Positions 39,337-48,585 of a DNA stretch of 64,000 bases are shown here, in pieces. Each line of letters starts with the position of its first letter. Position 1 is the first letter of the stretch. Origin of the DNA: Pseudomonadota bacterium (lineage in GTDB: Bacteria; Desulfobacterota; Binatia; Binatales; Binataceae); assembly GCA_021325355.1 (NCBI GenBank), contig JAJPHI010000009.1:387144-451143 (forward strand), in the 5' to 3' direction. A program made the translations under genes and the position numbers. Under the pieces are notes generated by a model. It worked only from the letters and a program-made list of their open reading frames with translations. It was not told the DNA's origin and did not search any database.

Positions 39337-39612
39337 CTACTGCGCCGCCGGCGAGCCGGCCGGTGCCGCCATCGAGGATTCTGCCGCGGGGCTGGCTTCC
39401 GTGCTGGCGGCCTTGTGATGGTGCCGGCGCATATAATGATGATGACGATGATGCATCTTGGTCGTCGGCGCGCTCTCGCTGGTCGAACTGGTGGTTGCCG
39501 GGGCCGCGGCCGAAGCCGCCGCAGCCGGCGAGGAATCCGATTGCGCGAAGGCCGGCAGCGCGATAGCGCTGGCCAGAATCGACGCAGTCAGCATCAAAGC
39601 GGTACGTTTCAT
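39337..39612 (-). CDS. Small secreted His-rich low-complexity protein (Asr-like)
   Basis: Signal peptide ending AFA; MHHRHHHYMRRHHHK flanked by S/A/P tracts; GGAG SD. Confidence 0.8.
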   Translation of the reverse strand: MKRTALMLTASILASAIALPAFAQSDSSPAAAASAAAPATTSSTSESAPTTKMHHRHHHYMRRHHHKAASTEASPAAESSMAAPAGSPAAQ

Positions 39613-39927
39613 TACTATTGCTCCTTCATTGCCGGCAAAATTGCCGCTGATTCCTTCCTAAAGCCAAGGCCATGCCATCTTAGGCTGGGCCTAAACGCTT
39701 GCAAAGACGGACCGTCGATGGACGGCCGCCATGGTTTGAACGACCGAATGCGGTTACTGACTAGACGCTTTGCGACGAAGCGCGCGGCGCCGTTTATCGC
39801 GCTTCCCTATCTCGCTCTCCGGCCGGCGGCATCCAGCCCGCCCTTACCCCGGCGCCGCCGGGACTCAGCCATCAACGGCTTCGGCCGTAAACAGCGTCAG
39901 GAACGAGCTGGAGCGTAAACCGTAATC

Positions 39928-40185
39928 CTACGAAGCCGCCGGCGAGGCCATCGGCGATTCCTCGGTTCCCGCGCTCGACTTTTCGCGCATCTTGCGCGCG
40001 TGATGACGCCGATGATGATGTTTGGCGCGCGTATGGCCGGCGGTTTCGGCTCCCGAACCGGACATCCCCGGCGACATCGTGGCCTGGGCCGCCGGCGACT
40101 CGGCGGGTGATTGAGCGAGCGCGGGTGCGATCAGCGCGCCGATCAACAGCGCGCCCGCCAGCACGGACATCGTGGTCTTAATCAT
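39928..40185 (-). CDS. Small secreted His-rich low-complexity protein, paralog-like
   Basis: Signal peptide ending ALA; KHHHRRHHARK; C-terminal EESPMASPAAS; GGAGG SD. Confidence 0.8.
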   Translation of the reverse strand: MIKTTMSVLAGALLIGALIAPALAQSPAESPAAQATMSPGMSGSGAETAGHTRAKHHHRRHHARKMREKSSAGTEESPMASPAAS

Positions 40186-40284
40186 GCTCTTCCTCCCTGG
40201 GTTATACAGGCTTTGGGAAGCCCTCATTCCTCCCGATTACCTCTCCCTACCGGCAGACTGCCACTGCGGCCCGATGATCGCGAG

Positions 40285-41007
40285 CTAGGCCGCCGGGCTG
40301 CCCGCGCGAGCCGATTTCAATTCCCGATATAACAGAAAAAGCTCCTTGAAGGCGCGGGCGATAACCCGCAAATCGGCCCCGCTCTGCTCGCCCGCCAGAC
40401 GCGGCAGATGCTTCACGTCCACTTCGGTGATTTTTGCGCCGCGACCTGCCAATCGCGCCATCAACTCTGTCGTAATCATCGCGCCGTGCGCGTGCAAATC
40501 GAGATCCTGCAACAGCTCGCGGCGAAAGAGCTTGAAGCCGCAATCCATATCCGAGATGCGCAGCCCGAACATCATGCGCACCAGCATCGTCCAGGCTTTG
40601 CCATTGAGCTTGCGGACGAAGGGATCGGCGCGATGCGCCCGGCGGCCGACGACGACGTCGTACTCGGGCGTTCGCGCCGCCAGCAGCGCGACATCCGCCG
40701 GGTCGAACTGGCCGTCGCCGTCGCTCAGCAGCACCCACGGCAAAGTGGCCGCGCGGATCCCCGAGATCACCGCGCCCCCGTAGCCGCGATTCACCTCATG
40801 ATGCACGACCCTTACGCGATCGTCGGCCGCTGCCAGTTGATCGGCGATAGCGCCGGTACGGTCGCGACTGCCGTCATCCACCACGATAACCTCGTAAGCG
40901 TCGGCGACCCGCGGCAATTCGGCAAGATAGCCCTTCACCACCCGCTCGATGTTGCCTTCTTCGTTATGCGCGGGTAGGAAGACGCTGAGTCCGGATAAGC
41001 GCGACAC
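40285..41007 (-). CDS. Glycosyltransferase family 2
   Basis: PAHNEE, VDDGSRD, DGDGQF, DMDCGFKLF. Confidence 0.9.
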   Translation of the reverse strand: MSRLSGLSVFLPAHNEEGNIERVVKGYLAELPRVADAYEVIVVDDGSRDRTGAIADQLAAADDRVRVVHHEVNRGYGGAVISGIRAATLPWVLLSDGDGQFDPADVALLAARTPEYDVVVGRRAHRADPFVRKLNGKAWTMLVRMMFGLRISDMDCGFKLFRRELLQDLDLHAHGAMITTELMARLAGRGAKITEVDVKHLPRLAGEQSGADLRVIARAFKELFLLYRELKSARAGSPAA

Positions 41008-41109
41008 TCGGCTCTCCTATGATCCGGGCGCGACCGCCCGCGCCCTGGTCAGCGGATACACGTGGCCGTCAGGTGGGGTCACTGAATTCTCGGCTGGCCG
41101 GACGCGCGG

Positions 41110-41586
41110 TTACCCGCTGATCGAGCGGTAACCGCCGCGATAGAACAGCAGGGGTTTCAGTTCCCGGGTCTCGGCCTGCTCAATCTCGCCGAGGAACAAG
41201 GTATGGTCACCCCCGTCGTAGGCGGCAAACAGTTTGCACTCGAGGTAGGCCAGCGCCCCTTCGAGAATCGGCGCGCCGTTGGCGCCCATGCGATACGCCA
41301 CGCCCTGAAACTTGTCTCCCCCGCTCACCGCGAATTTGCGCGACAGCGATTCCTGCTCATCGCTCAGGATATTAACGGTGAACACCTTGCTCTCATTGAA
41401 GAACGGATAGCTCTCGGCCTTCTTATCCACGGCGATAAGCAGCAGCGGCGGCTCGAGCGAGACCGACGTAAAGGCATTCGCCGTCAGCCCGTAAGGCGTG
41501 CCGCTCTTCGAGACTGTCGTGATGACCGTCACGCCGGTGGCGAAATGACCCATCACGCGGCGCAACTCGTTGCGTTCAATCGGCAT
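41110..41586 (-). CDS. Flavin reductase (HpaC/RutF-like)
   Basis: MGHFATGVTVIT, SVSLEPPL, GGDHTLFLG, PLLFYRG. Confidence 0.92.
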   Translation of the reverse strand: MPIERNELRRVMGHFATGVTVITTVSKSGTPYGLTANAFTSVSLEPPLLLIAVDKKAESYPFFNESKVFTVNILSDEQESLSRKFAVSGGDKFQGVAYRMGANGAPILEGALAYLECKLFAAYDGGDHTLFLGEIEQAETRELKPLLFYRGGYRSISG

Positions 41587-41671
41587 CGGCGTTCCCTGTT
41601 TGGCGCGGCATGCTAGCAAAGCGCTTCAGCGAAGGTCAAATTCTTTTCGCTGGCCGCGAACGCTACCGCAA

Positions 41672-42187
41672 TTATTCCCATCCGCGACGATCGCGCGCGA
41701 TTACCGTGCGCCCGCCCAGATAAACATAGTCAAGATCGAGCGAGGTCAGGGGGCGGTCGGCCGACTCGATCCGAATCTCCTGCGGTCGCGCGATATAAAT
41801 CGTATGGTCGCCGGCGACCAGCTCCTGCACCACTTCAGCCGCCACCGCCGCCATCGCCGACTTCAGCCACGGCACGCCGAGACGCGGCGACAGCACGTAG
41901 TCGATGTTCTCCAGATTGTCGGCGCGCCGCGCCGCCGGCGAATAGAAATAGTCCTCGAGCTCCCGCCCACGCCGCCCCACGATATTCAAACCGAAGCGGC
42001 GCGTGCGCTCGATTACGGCGCGCGACAGATGCTGATTATCGACCGCGGCGCTGAACAACGGCGGCGCGCCCGAGACCTGTGTCACCCACGACGAGGACAT
42101 GCCGTGACAGCGCCCGTTCTCGGCGACGGTCAACACGTAAATGCCCGTGGTCAACGCCCCCAGGAACTGCATCAGCGCATCGTCCAT
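41672..42187 (-). CDS. Flavin reductase-like protein (second, divergent)
   Basis: TTGIYVLT, SWVTQVS..PP, AGDHTIY. Confidence 0.85.
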   Translation of the reverse strand: MDDALMQFLGALTTGIYVLTVAENGRCHGMSSSWVTQVSGAPPLFSAAVDNQHLSRAVIERTRRFGLNIVGRRGRELEDYFYSPAARRADNLENIDYVLSPRLGVPWLKSAMAAVAAEVVQELVAGDHTIYIARPQEIRIESADRPLTSLDLDYVYLGGRTVIARDRRGWE

Positions 42188-42335
42188 AATTGCTCCGCTC
42201 AGGGCATCGTGGCCTCTGCGCACGACTGCGCGCATCGCGCCCTGACAATTATCGCTTGACAAAACTCCTTGGCAATTGATCGATTGGGGCATCGCTCGCA
42301 AAATAGCAAATGCTGAAACAAGGGGTTTGTGGCGG

Positions 42336-43022
42336 ATGGCGCGGCGACGGCTCGACCTCAAATTATTGCTCCTCATCCCGATGCTGGCGGTGCTGCCGCC
42401 AGCCCTCGCGTCGGGTCAGTCGAAAACCCCCGCTGCAACCTCGAGAGCGCCGGCGGCGCCAATCGTCACTGCGGCGCAGCCGCCCGCCGCGCTGTCGTCA
42501 CCGTCTGCGATCGCTCCGGTTGACGACACCAGCGCGGGTCAGCGTCTGTACGTCAACAGTATCGACGGCGCCCGCGACGACCCGGCCAACTGGTCGGTGC
42601 ATGTCTTCAAATCGCGCCATCGGATGGAAGTGTATTACCGGGGCCGCCTGTTTCGCGTCTATCACGCGGTCTTCGGCCGCAGTCGATGGGCCGGCGGCAA
42701 GGAATGGGAGGGCGATACGCGCACGCCCGAAGGCTCGTACTTTATTATCCAGAAGCGTCGCAGCCGGCGCTTCGACTGGTTTCTCAAGCTCAACTATCCG
42801 AACGGCCTCGATCAGGAACAGTTTGTCGCCCTCAAGGAAGCCCACCAGATTCCGGCGCGGCTGAGTCTTGGCGGGAACGTCGGGATTCACGGGACCGATG
42901 ATCCGCGGCTGAATCGCGACAACGTCAACTGGACGCTTGGCTGCATCTCGGTGGACAACCAGAATATCGAAGAGATGGCGGCGCTTCTGCCGGTGGGCAC
43001 GCTCGTGGTAATCAAACCCTGA
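42336..43022 (+). CDS. L,D-transpeptidase (YkuD) family protein
   Basis: GDTRTPEG, LNYPN, GIHG...WTLGCIS (His...Cys); signal peptide. Confidence 0.9.
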   Translation: MARRRLDLKLLLLIPMLAVLPPALASGQSKTPAATSRAPAAPIVTAAQPPAALSSPSAIAPVDDTSAGQRLYVNSIDGARDDPANWSVHVFKSRHRMEVYYRGRLFRVYHAVFGRSRWAGGKEWEGDTRTPEGSYFIIQKRRSRRFDWFLKLNYPNGLDQEQFVALKEAHQIPARLSLGGNVGIHGTDDPRLNRDNVNWTLGCISVDNQNIEEMAALLPVGTLVVIKP

Positions 43023-43076
43023 GGCGGACCCGCTCCAACGGTCCGCATGGCGCGGTCAGGCGAGGAGGGCCGACTG

Positions 43077-44267
43077 ATGGAAGCACCGGCGGGCGAATTC
43101 AATTTCACGCGGCTTGAGCGCGTGGTCTTTGGTCCGGGAAAAATCACGACGCTCGGTCGCGAGCTGGAACGGCGCGGACTCGAACGCGCGATCGTCGTGA
43201 CCGGCAACAGTCTTGGCCGCTCGAAACTCCTCGATAAGGTGACCGGCACGCTGGCCAGCCGCTGCGTCGCGGTCTTCAAAGGCGCGCGCCAGCACGTGCC
43301 GCTCAGCACGGTGCAGGCGCTGATCGAGGAGATCAAACGCGCCCGCGCCGATTGTCTGGTCAGCTTCGGCGGCGGCAGCCCGATCGATACCGCGAAAGTG
43401 GCCGCGGCGGCCGTGCTGACCGGGCGTGATCCGCTCGCCAGCGCCCGCCATATCGATTTCACCAACGCTGCCGCCGTCACTGACAGCAAAGCCGATCTGG
43501 TTGAGATTGCCGTACCGACCACGCTTTCCGCCGGCGAATACACGCCGGCCGGCGGTGTCACCAACGAGGCCACCCTGGTCAAGGGCGGCGTCGTCGATCC
43601 GCGCCTGCAGCCGCGCACGGTCATCAACGATCCGACCCTGACGGTCGAGACCCCTGATTGGCTCTGGGTGGCGACCGGGATGCGCGCGCTCGACCACGCG
43701 GTCGAGGCCATCTACTCGATCCGCCACCAGCTTCTGACCGATACGCTGGCAACGCGCGCCATCGCACTCCTCTTCGAGCATCTGCCGGCCTCGATCAAAA
43801 CCACCGGCGATGCCGCCATCAGCCATCGCGGCTACTGCCAGATGGCGGCCTGGCTGTCGATCTTCGGCGGAATGAACACGCGCTTCGGCGTTTCACACGC
43901 GCTCGGCCATCAGATCGGTCCCAAATGGAATGTTGCTCACGGCGTGACCTCGTGCATCACGCTGCCGCATGTGATGCGCTTCATGGCCGAGATCGCGCCC
44001 GAGCGCTTCGGGCCTATCGCCGAGGGCCTGGGCGTGACGTTCACACCGGAGGAGGCGCGGCGCAGCGCGCTTGAATGCGCCGACCGGGTCGCCGCCTTTA
44101 TCGCGCAGTTCGACGTGCCCCATAATCTCAGGGAGGCCGGCGTGCCGCGCGCCGAGCTCGGTCAGATTGTCGCGCCCGTGTTCGAAGAGATCGATCGCGC
44201 GAAGGTGGTGGATCGCGCCGTCTCGCGCGAGGAAATCGTGTCGCTGCTCGAACGCGCGTACGCCTGA
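43077..44267 (+). CDS. Iron-containing alcohol dehydrogenase family protein
   Basis: GGGSPIDTAK, PTTLSAGE, DHAVE, SHALGH, HG. Confidence 0.9.
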   Translation: MEAPAGEFNFTRLERVVFGPGKITTLGRELERRGLERAIVVTGNSLGRSKLLDKVTGTLASRCVAVFKGARQHVPLSTVQALIEEIKRARADCLVSFGGGSPIDTAKVAAAAVLTGRDPLASARHIDFTNAAAVTDSKADLVEIAVPTTLSAGEYTPAGGVTNEATLVKGGVVDPRLQPRTVINDPTLTVETPDWLWVATGMRALDHAVEAIYSIRHQLLTDTLATRAIALLFEHLPASIKTTGDAAISHRGYCQMAAWLSIFGGMNTRFGVSHALGHQIGPKWNVAHGVTSCITLPHVMRFMAEIAPERFGPIAEGLGVTFTPEEARRSALECADRVAAFIAQFDVPHNLREAGVPRAELGQIVAPVFEEIDRAKVVDRAVSREEIVSLLERAYA

Positions 44268-44290
44268 ACGTCCGACAGGGAGGAATCCGC

Positions 44291-44692
44291 ATGAGCGTTG
44301 AAAGCAACAAGCAACTCGTCACCGACTTCTGGAAGGCTTTCGCCGGCGGCGATATCAAGACCGCGTTCGCGATGCTCTCCGACGAAGTAAGCTGGCTGAT
44401 TCCGGGCAACCTCCCCGAGCTCTCCGGCCTGCGCAAGGGCAAGGCCGAGATTCTCAACTTTGCCCGCACTGCAGCCAAAACCTTCCCGAGCGGGCTTCGG
44501 AGCGAAATTCGGCGCGTCTATGGCGACGGCGAAACGGTGCTGGTCGAGATGACCAATCGCGGCAAACTTTTTAACGGCCGCGACTACGAGAACGAATACT
44601 GCTTCGTCTTCGAGATCGAAGGCGGCAAAATTCGCCGCGTGCGCGAGTACGTCGATACGCACAAGGTGCATGAGCTGAGCGCCTCGGCCTAG
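44291..44692 (+). CDS. SnoaL/NTF2-like protein
   Basis: NKQLV, YENEYCFVFEI..GKI..VREYVDT. Confidence 0.88.
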   Translation: MSVESNKQLVTDFWKAFAGGDIKTAFAMLSDEVSWLIPGNLPELSGLRKGKAEILNFARTAAKTFPSGLRSEIRRVYGDGETVLVEMTNRGKLFNGRDYENEYCFVFEIEGGKIRRVREYVDTHKVHELSASA

Positions 44693-44720
44693 GCCGCTGA
44701 CGCGGCGCGCCGTGATCCAT

Positions 44721-46175
44721 CTAGGCGCGCGCCTTGAGCATCCGGTAGACCGGCGCCGCGCTGAGCGCGATCAGGAAGCCCGGCCAGGTGTAGCGCGGTT
44801 TCACGACGAGCAGATCGGCCATCAGGCTGAGCGCGGCGCCGACGTAAAGCGCCGGCAACCATGGATAACCCGGCACCCGGTAGCTGCGAGGTGCCGCCGG
44901 CCGGCGACGGCGCATCACGAACACCGCACCGACGGTCAGCGCATAGAACAGAAGCTGGGTGAAGATGACGTAGTCGAGCAGCTCGGAGTAGGTGCCGGAA
45001 AGCGTCAGCAGGGCCGACCAGACGCCCTGCACGACGAGCGCAACATCCGGCACCGCGGCCCGATTCAGACGTCCCGCCGCGGCAAAAAACAGCCGGTCAT
45101 GCGCCATCGCCCAGATAACACGCGCGCCGGTCAGAATCAGACCGTTCGCGCATCCGAAGGTCGAAATCATGACCAGCACGGCGATCACGAGCGGTCCCCG
45201 GCCACCCAGGATCGAGCTCATCGCGGCGGTTGCCACGCGGTCGTCGGCGGCACCGGCGATACCGCGCGCAAAGGCGCTGCCGGCGTGCGGCGCAGCGCCG
45301 CTCGCCACGGGCAGTTCGCAGAGGTAGGCGACGTTGGTCAGCAGGTAGAGCAGAATCACGAGGCCCGCGCCGAGGGCGAGTGCGCGCGGCAAGTCGCGCC
45401 GTGGCTCCCGCGCTTCGGTGGCAACGAAGGTCACCGTGGCCCAGGCGTCCGACGAGAATAATCCGCCGACCATCGCGGCGCCGAAAGCCGCCGGTCCCAC
45501 GCTCGCGCCGTCGCCGAAAAATGCGCGCAGAGTGCCGAAATTCCGCGCGATCGCCCCGGGGTCCGGCGCGATCAGGCAGCCCAGCACGATAAGCATCAGG
45601 AGCGCCCCGACCTTCGCCGTCGTAAAGGCGTTTTGCACCGTCTTGCCGAGGTCGAGACCGCGCAGATTGAGCGCCGTCAGAAGCGCAATCACGCCTACTG
45701 CCACGATTCTTTCGTGGGACAGGCCGACCGTGCCGACGCCGAAGAAAAGCGTCGCGCCGCACCAGGGAAAGAGCACCGCGGCAAAGCGCGCAAACGCCAC
45801 CGCGACCGCCGCCACCGTCCCCGACTGGATCACCAGCAGCAGCGACCAGCCATAGGCGAAGCCGACCAGGTCGCCGTATGCCTCGCGAAGGAAGACATAT
45901 TGCCCACCCGCCTCCGGCATCATTGCCGCCAACTCGCCGTAACTGAGCGCGCCGAGAATCGTCATGAAACCGCTGGCGATCCACACGCCCAGCAGTCCCG
46001 CGGGCGAGCCGACCTTGCGCGCGATATCCGCCGAAACGATAAAGATGCCCGACCCGATCATCGAGCCGGCGACGATCATGGCGCAGTCAAACAACGAGAG
46101 CCGTCGGGCAAAGCGGCGTTCAGATGAGCGCCCGCGCGACTGCGTCATCACCGGGCTTCTCGCCCATCCTGCCAC
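44721..46175 (-). CDS. APC-family amino acid permease
   Basis: GSMIGSGIF, YGELAAMMPEAGGQY; about 12 TM. Confidence 0.9.
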   Translation of the reverse strand: MAGWARSPVMTQSRGRSSERRFARRLSLFDCAMIVAGSMIGSGIFIVSADIARKVGSPAGLLGVWIASGFMTILGALSYGELAAMMPEAGGQYVFLREAYGDLVGFAYGWSLLLVIQSGTVAAVAVAFARFAAVLFPWCGATLFFGVGTVGLSHERIVAVGVIALLTALNLRGLDLGKTVQNAFTTAKVGALLMLIVLGCLIAPDPGAIARNFGTLRAFFGDGASVGPAAFGAAMVGGLFSSDAWATVTFVATEAREPRRDLPRALALGAGLVILLYLLTNVAYLCELPVASGAAPHAGSAFARGIAGAADDRVATAAMSSILGGRGPLVIAVLVMISTFGCANGLILTGARVIWAMAHDRLFFAAAGRLNRAAVPDVALVVQGVWSALLTLSGTYSELLDYVIFTQLLFYALTVGAVFVMRRRRPAAPRSYRVPGYPWLPALYVGAALSLMADLLVVKPRYTWPGFLIALSAAPVYRMLKARA

Positions 46176-46277
46176 CGAGCAGGGCGCCCGGCGAGTGCGG
46201 AGAAGTAACTTAAGAGAAGGAAGGAGACCTGTGCGTCGTCGTCCCCGCGACGCACAGGTCGCGTCGTGGAATTACGG

Positions 46278-46484
46278 TTAGGAGCCGGACGGCGACGCCA
46301 TCGGGCTTGCCTCGGAACTCGCACTGGCCTCAGGCGCCGCAGCCGAGGCCGATTCTGCCGGGCTCGCTTCACTGCCCGCGGCGGACGCTGAGGCCTCGGG
46401 CGAGGAAGTCTCCTCCGTGGATTTCTGGCACGCCGTCAATGCAAGAAATGCCGGAATCAGAGCGAAGATGAGGAACTTGCGCAT
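46278..46484 (-). CDS. Small Ser/Ala/Glu/Pro-rich lipoprotein
   Basis: Lipobox LTAC; AAGGAGG SD; C-terminal EASPMASPSGS. Confidence 0.8.
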   Translation of the reverse strand: MRKFLIFALIPAFLALTACQKSTEETSSPEASASAAGSEASPAESASAAAPEASASSEASPMASPSGS

Positions 46485-46838
46485 TACACCCTCCTTAGTA
46501 AAGTCGGCAGCAAAGCAAGTCTGCGCCAAGCCGATGCCTGAACGCCGGTAGGATACTTCACGCTAAAACCGACTTCAAGGTGACTCCCGCGCGATTATCA
46601 CCGGTTACTTGTCGGCGCAGGTCGGCCCGCTTTTGCGGCCGTTCGCGCGAACGCCCTTCGCCAGTGGCGGAGGGCCATCATGCCCGTCGGGAGCAGTTGG
46701 ATGAGCCGTGCTACGGCCCGCAGCAGAGCAGGTCTCGTGGTCTTTGCTCCTCGCCTCAGGCAAATTTTTTGACTCAAATCCATGCGTATGGCATATCTCG
46801 CTCGGTTGGGGGCAAGTTGCGCGGCAGGAGGAGGGGGC

Positions 46839-47069
46839 GTGGACGCTTTTCGCAGCTCGTCGGCGCGACGAGCGGAGGTTCATCATAATCGCCTGGTAGT
46901 CGAACCTGAGCTGGATATGCATCGTTCGCAACCGCGATCGTCGCGGATGGTCAGGTTTCTCGCTTTGTTTCGACGGCTGATTACAACTTCGGAAGTGACC
47001 ACCGAGCCGCCGAAACGCTCGATTCAGCGCGAGCTCGAGGAAAACTGGCCCAACGGCACCGCCGACTGA
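46839..47069 (+). CDS. Hypothetical small protein
   Basis: GTG preceded by GGAGGAGG; no recognisable motif. Confidence 0.35.
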   Translation: MDAFRSSSARRAEVHHNRLVVEPELDMHRSQPRSSRMVRFLALFRRLITTSEVTTEPPKRSIQRELEENWPNGTAD

Positions 47070-47097
47070 GCGTCGAGCCGCGCCGGCGGCGCGCTGA

Positions 47098-48585
47098 CTA
47101 ACGCGCGAAGGCGGTGGCCTGGGCTGGCGGCCCTGCCGCCGCCGCGAAAGCATCGCGCGCGGCATTCATATATGGAGTCGGTGCGATACCGATAAGGACC
47201 ACGGCCAAGGCCGCGATGGCAACCCCGATCAGTACCCCGGGGCTCGCCCCCGATGGCTCAATCTCCGGGGTCCCCTCCTGCATGTACATCGCGACGATCA
47301 CCCCGATGTAGTAATAGGCGGAGATCGCGCTGTTGATCACCGCAATTACCACCAGCGGGACGTGGCCACTATCGACCGCGGCGGCAAAGACATAAAGCTT
47401 GCCGACGAAGCCGGCCAGCGGCGGCACTCCGGTCAGCGACAGCATGAAGAGGGTCATCGCCGCCGCGAGTCCCGGACGGGTTTGGGCGAGCCCGCGATAA
47501 TCCGCGATCCGGAGCCCGGCCGTCGCGCGCCGCTCGAGCACGATCACGACGGCAAACGCCCCCAGCGTCGCGAAGGCATAGGCGACCAGATAGTAAAGCA
47601 CCGCCGCCGCCGAGCCTGCCGCCGTCATCCCGACGAGCGCATAGCCCGCATGCGCGATCGCGGAATAGGCGAGCATCCGCTTGATATTGTCCTGGACCAG
47701 CGCGACCACGTTGCCGACCGTCATGGTCAGCGCCGCCAGCACCCAGAGGACGCCGCTCCACTGCGCCGCCGCCGGCCCGAGATAGATCATGAAGACGCGC
47801 ACGAAGCTCGCGAACGCCGCGAGCTTGACGCCGGTCGCCATAAAAGCGGTGATCGGCGTCGGCGCACCCTCATAAGCGTCCGGGGTCCAGGCGTGAAACG
47901 GCGCCGCGGCAACCTTGAAGCCGAAGCCAATCACCATCAGCCCGACCCCCAGCTCGAGGTAGGGTTGTGACGCCGCCCGCGCGACGATCGCGGCGCGGAT
48001 ACCGTCAAGATGGACCGTGCCGGTCGCGCCGTAAATCAGTGCGATACCGTAGAGCAGGAAACCGGTGGAAAAGGCGCCGAGCAGGAAGTACTTCAGCGCG
48101 GCCTCGCTCGAGCGCGCTTCGCGCCGCACGAAGCCGGCCAGCGCATACACCGCGATCGACATCGTTTCGAGACCGAGGAAAACGATGATCAGATCGCCCG
48201 CCGCCGCCATCAGCATCATGCCGAGCACGGCAAACAGGACGAGGCTGTAGTATTCCGCGCCGGCGAGCCCGTTGTCGGCGGCGTAGTCGAGCGAAAGCGC
48301 CACGCTTATCGCCGCCGCGGCCTGAATGACGATTTCGAAAAAGGCCGTGTAATCGTCCGTCAGCAGCGCCCCGCCGAAGGCCTCGGCGTTGACGCCGATC
48401 GTGAAGAGGGTGCAGACGAAACTGACCAGCAACACCCCCAGCGCGAGGATTCCTAGCCCCGCGCTGTCCTCGTCCTCGAGCCGCACACCGACCAGCAGAA
48501 TGATTGCGGCGCCGACCGCCACGGCGATAAGCGGCAGCAGCGGCAGCCACGCGAAACCCAGGTTGGCGAGATTCAAGGTGTTCAT
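47098..48585 (-). CDS. nuoN: NADH-quinone oxidoreductase subunit N
   Basis: EAALKYF, FKVAAAPFHAWTPDAYEGAP, KRMLAYS. Confidence 0.95.
   Translation of the reverse strand: MNTLNLANLGFAWLPLLPLIAVAVGAAIILLVGVRLEDEDSAGLGILALGVLLVSFVCTLFTIGVNAEAFGGALLTDDYTAFFEIVIQAAAAISVALSLDYAADNGLAGAEYYSLVLFAVLGMMLMAAAGDLIIVFLGLETMSIAVYALAGFVRREARSSEAALKYFLLGAFSTGFLLYGIALIYGATGTVHLDGIRAAIVARAASQPYLELGVGLMVIGFGFKVAAAPFHAWTPDAYEGAPTPITAFMATGVKLAAFASFVRVFMIYLGPAAAQWSGVLWVLAALTMTVGNVVALVQDNIKRMLAYSAIAHAGYALVGMTAAGSAAAVLYYLVAYAFATLGAFAVVIVLERRATAGLRIADYRGLAQTRPGLAAAMTLFMLSLTGVPPLAGFVGKLYVFAAAVDSGHVPLVVIAVINSAISAYYYIGVIVAMYMQEGTPEIEPSGASPGVLIGVAIAALAVVLIGIAPTPYMNAARDAFAAAAGPPAQATAFAR

Noticed and set aside
46512..46530. 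Sigma-54-like TGGCGC...TTGC upstream of the small lipoprotein
   Set aside because: GG-to-GC spacing is one base shorter than the strict -24/-12 requirement.
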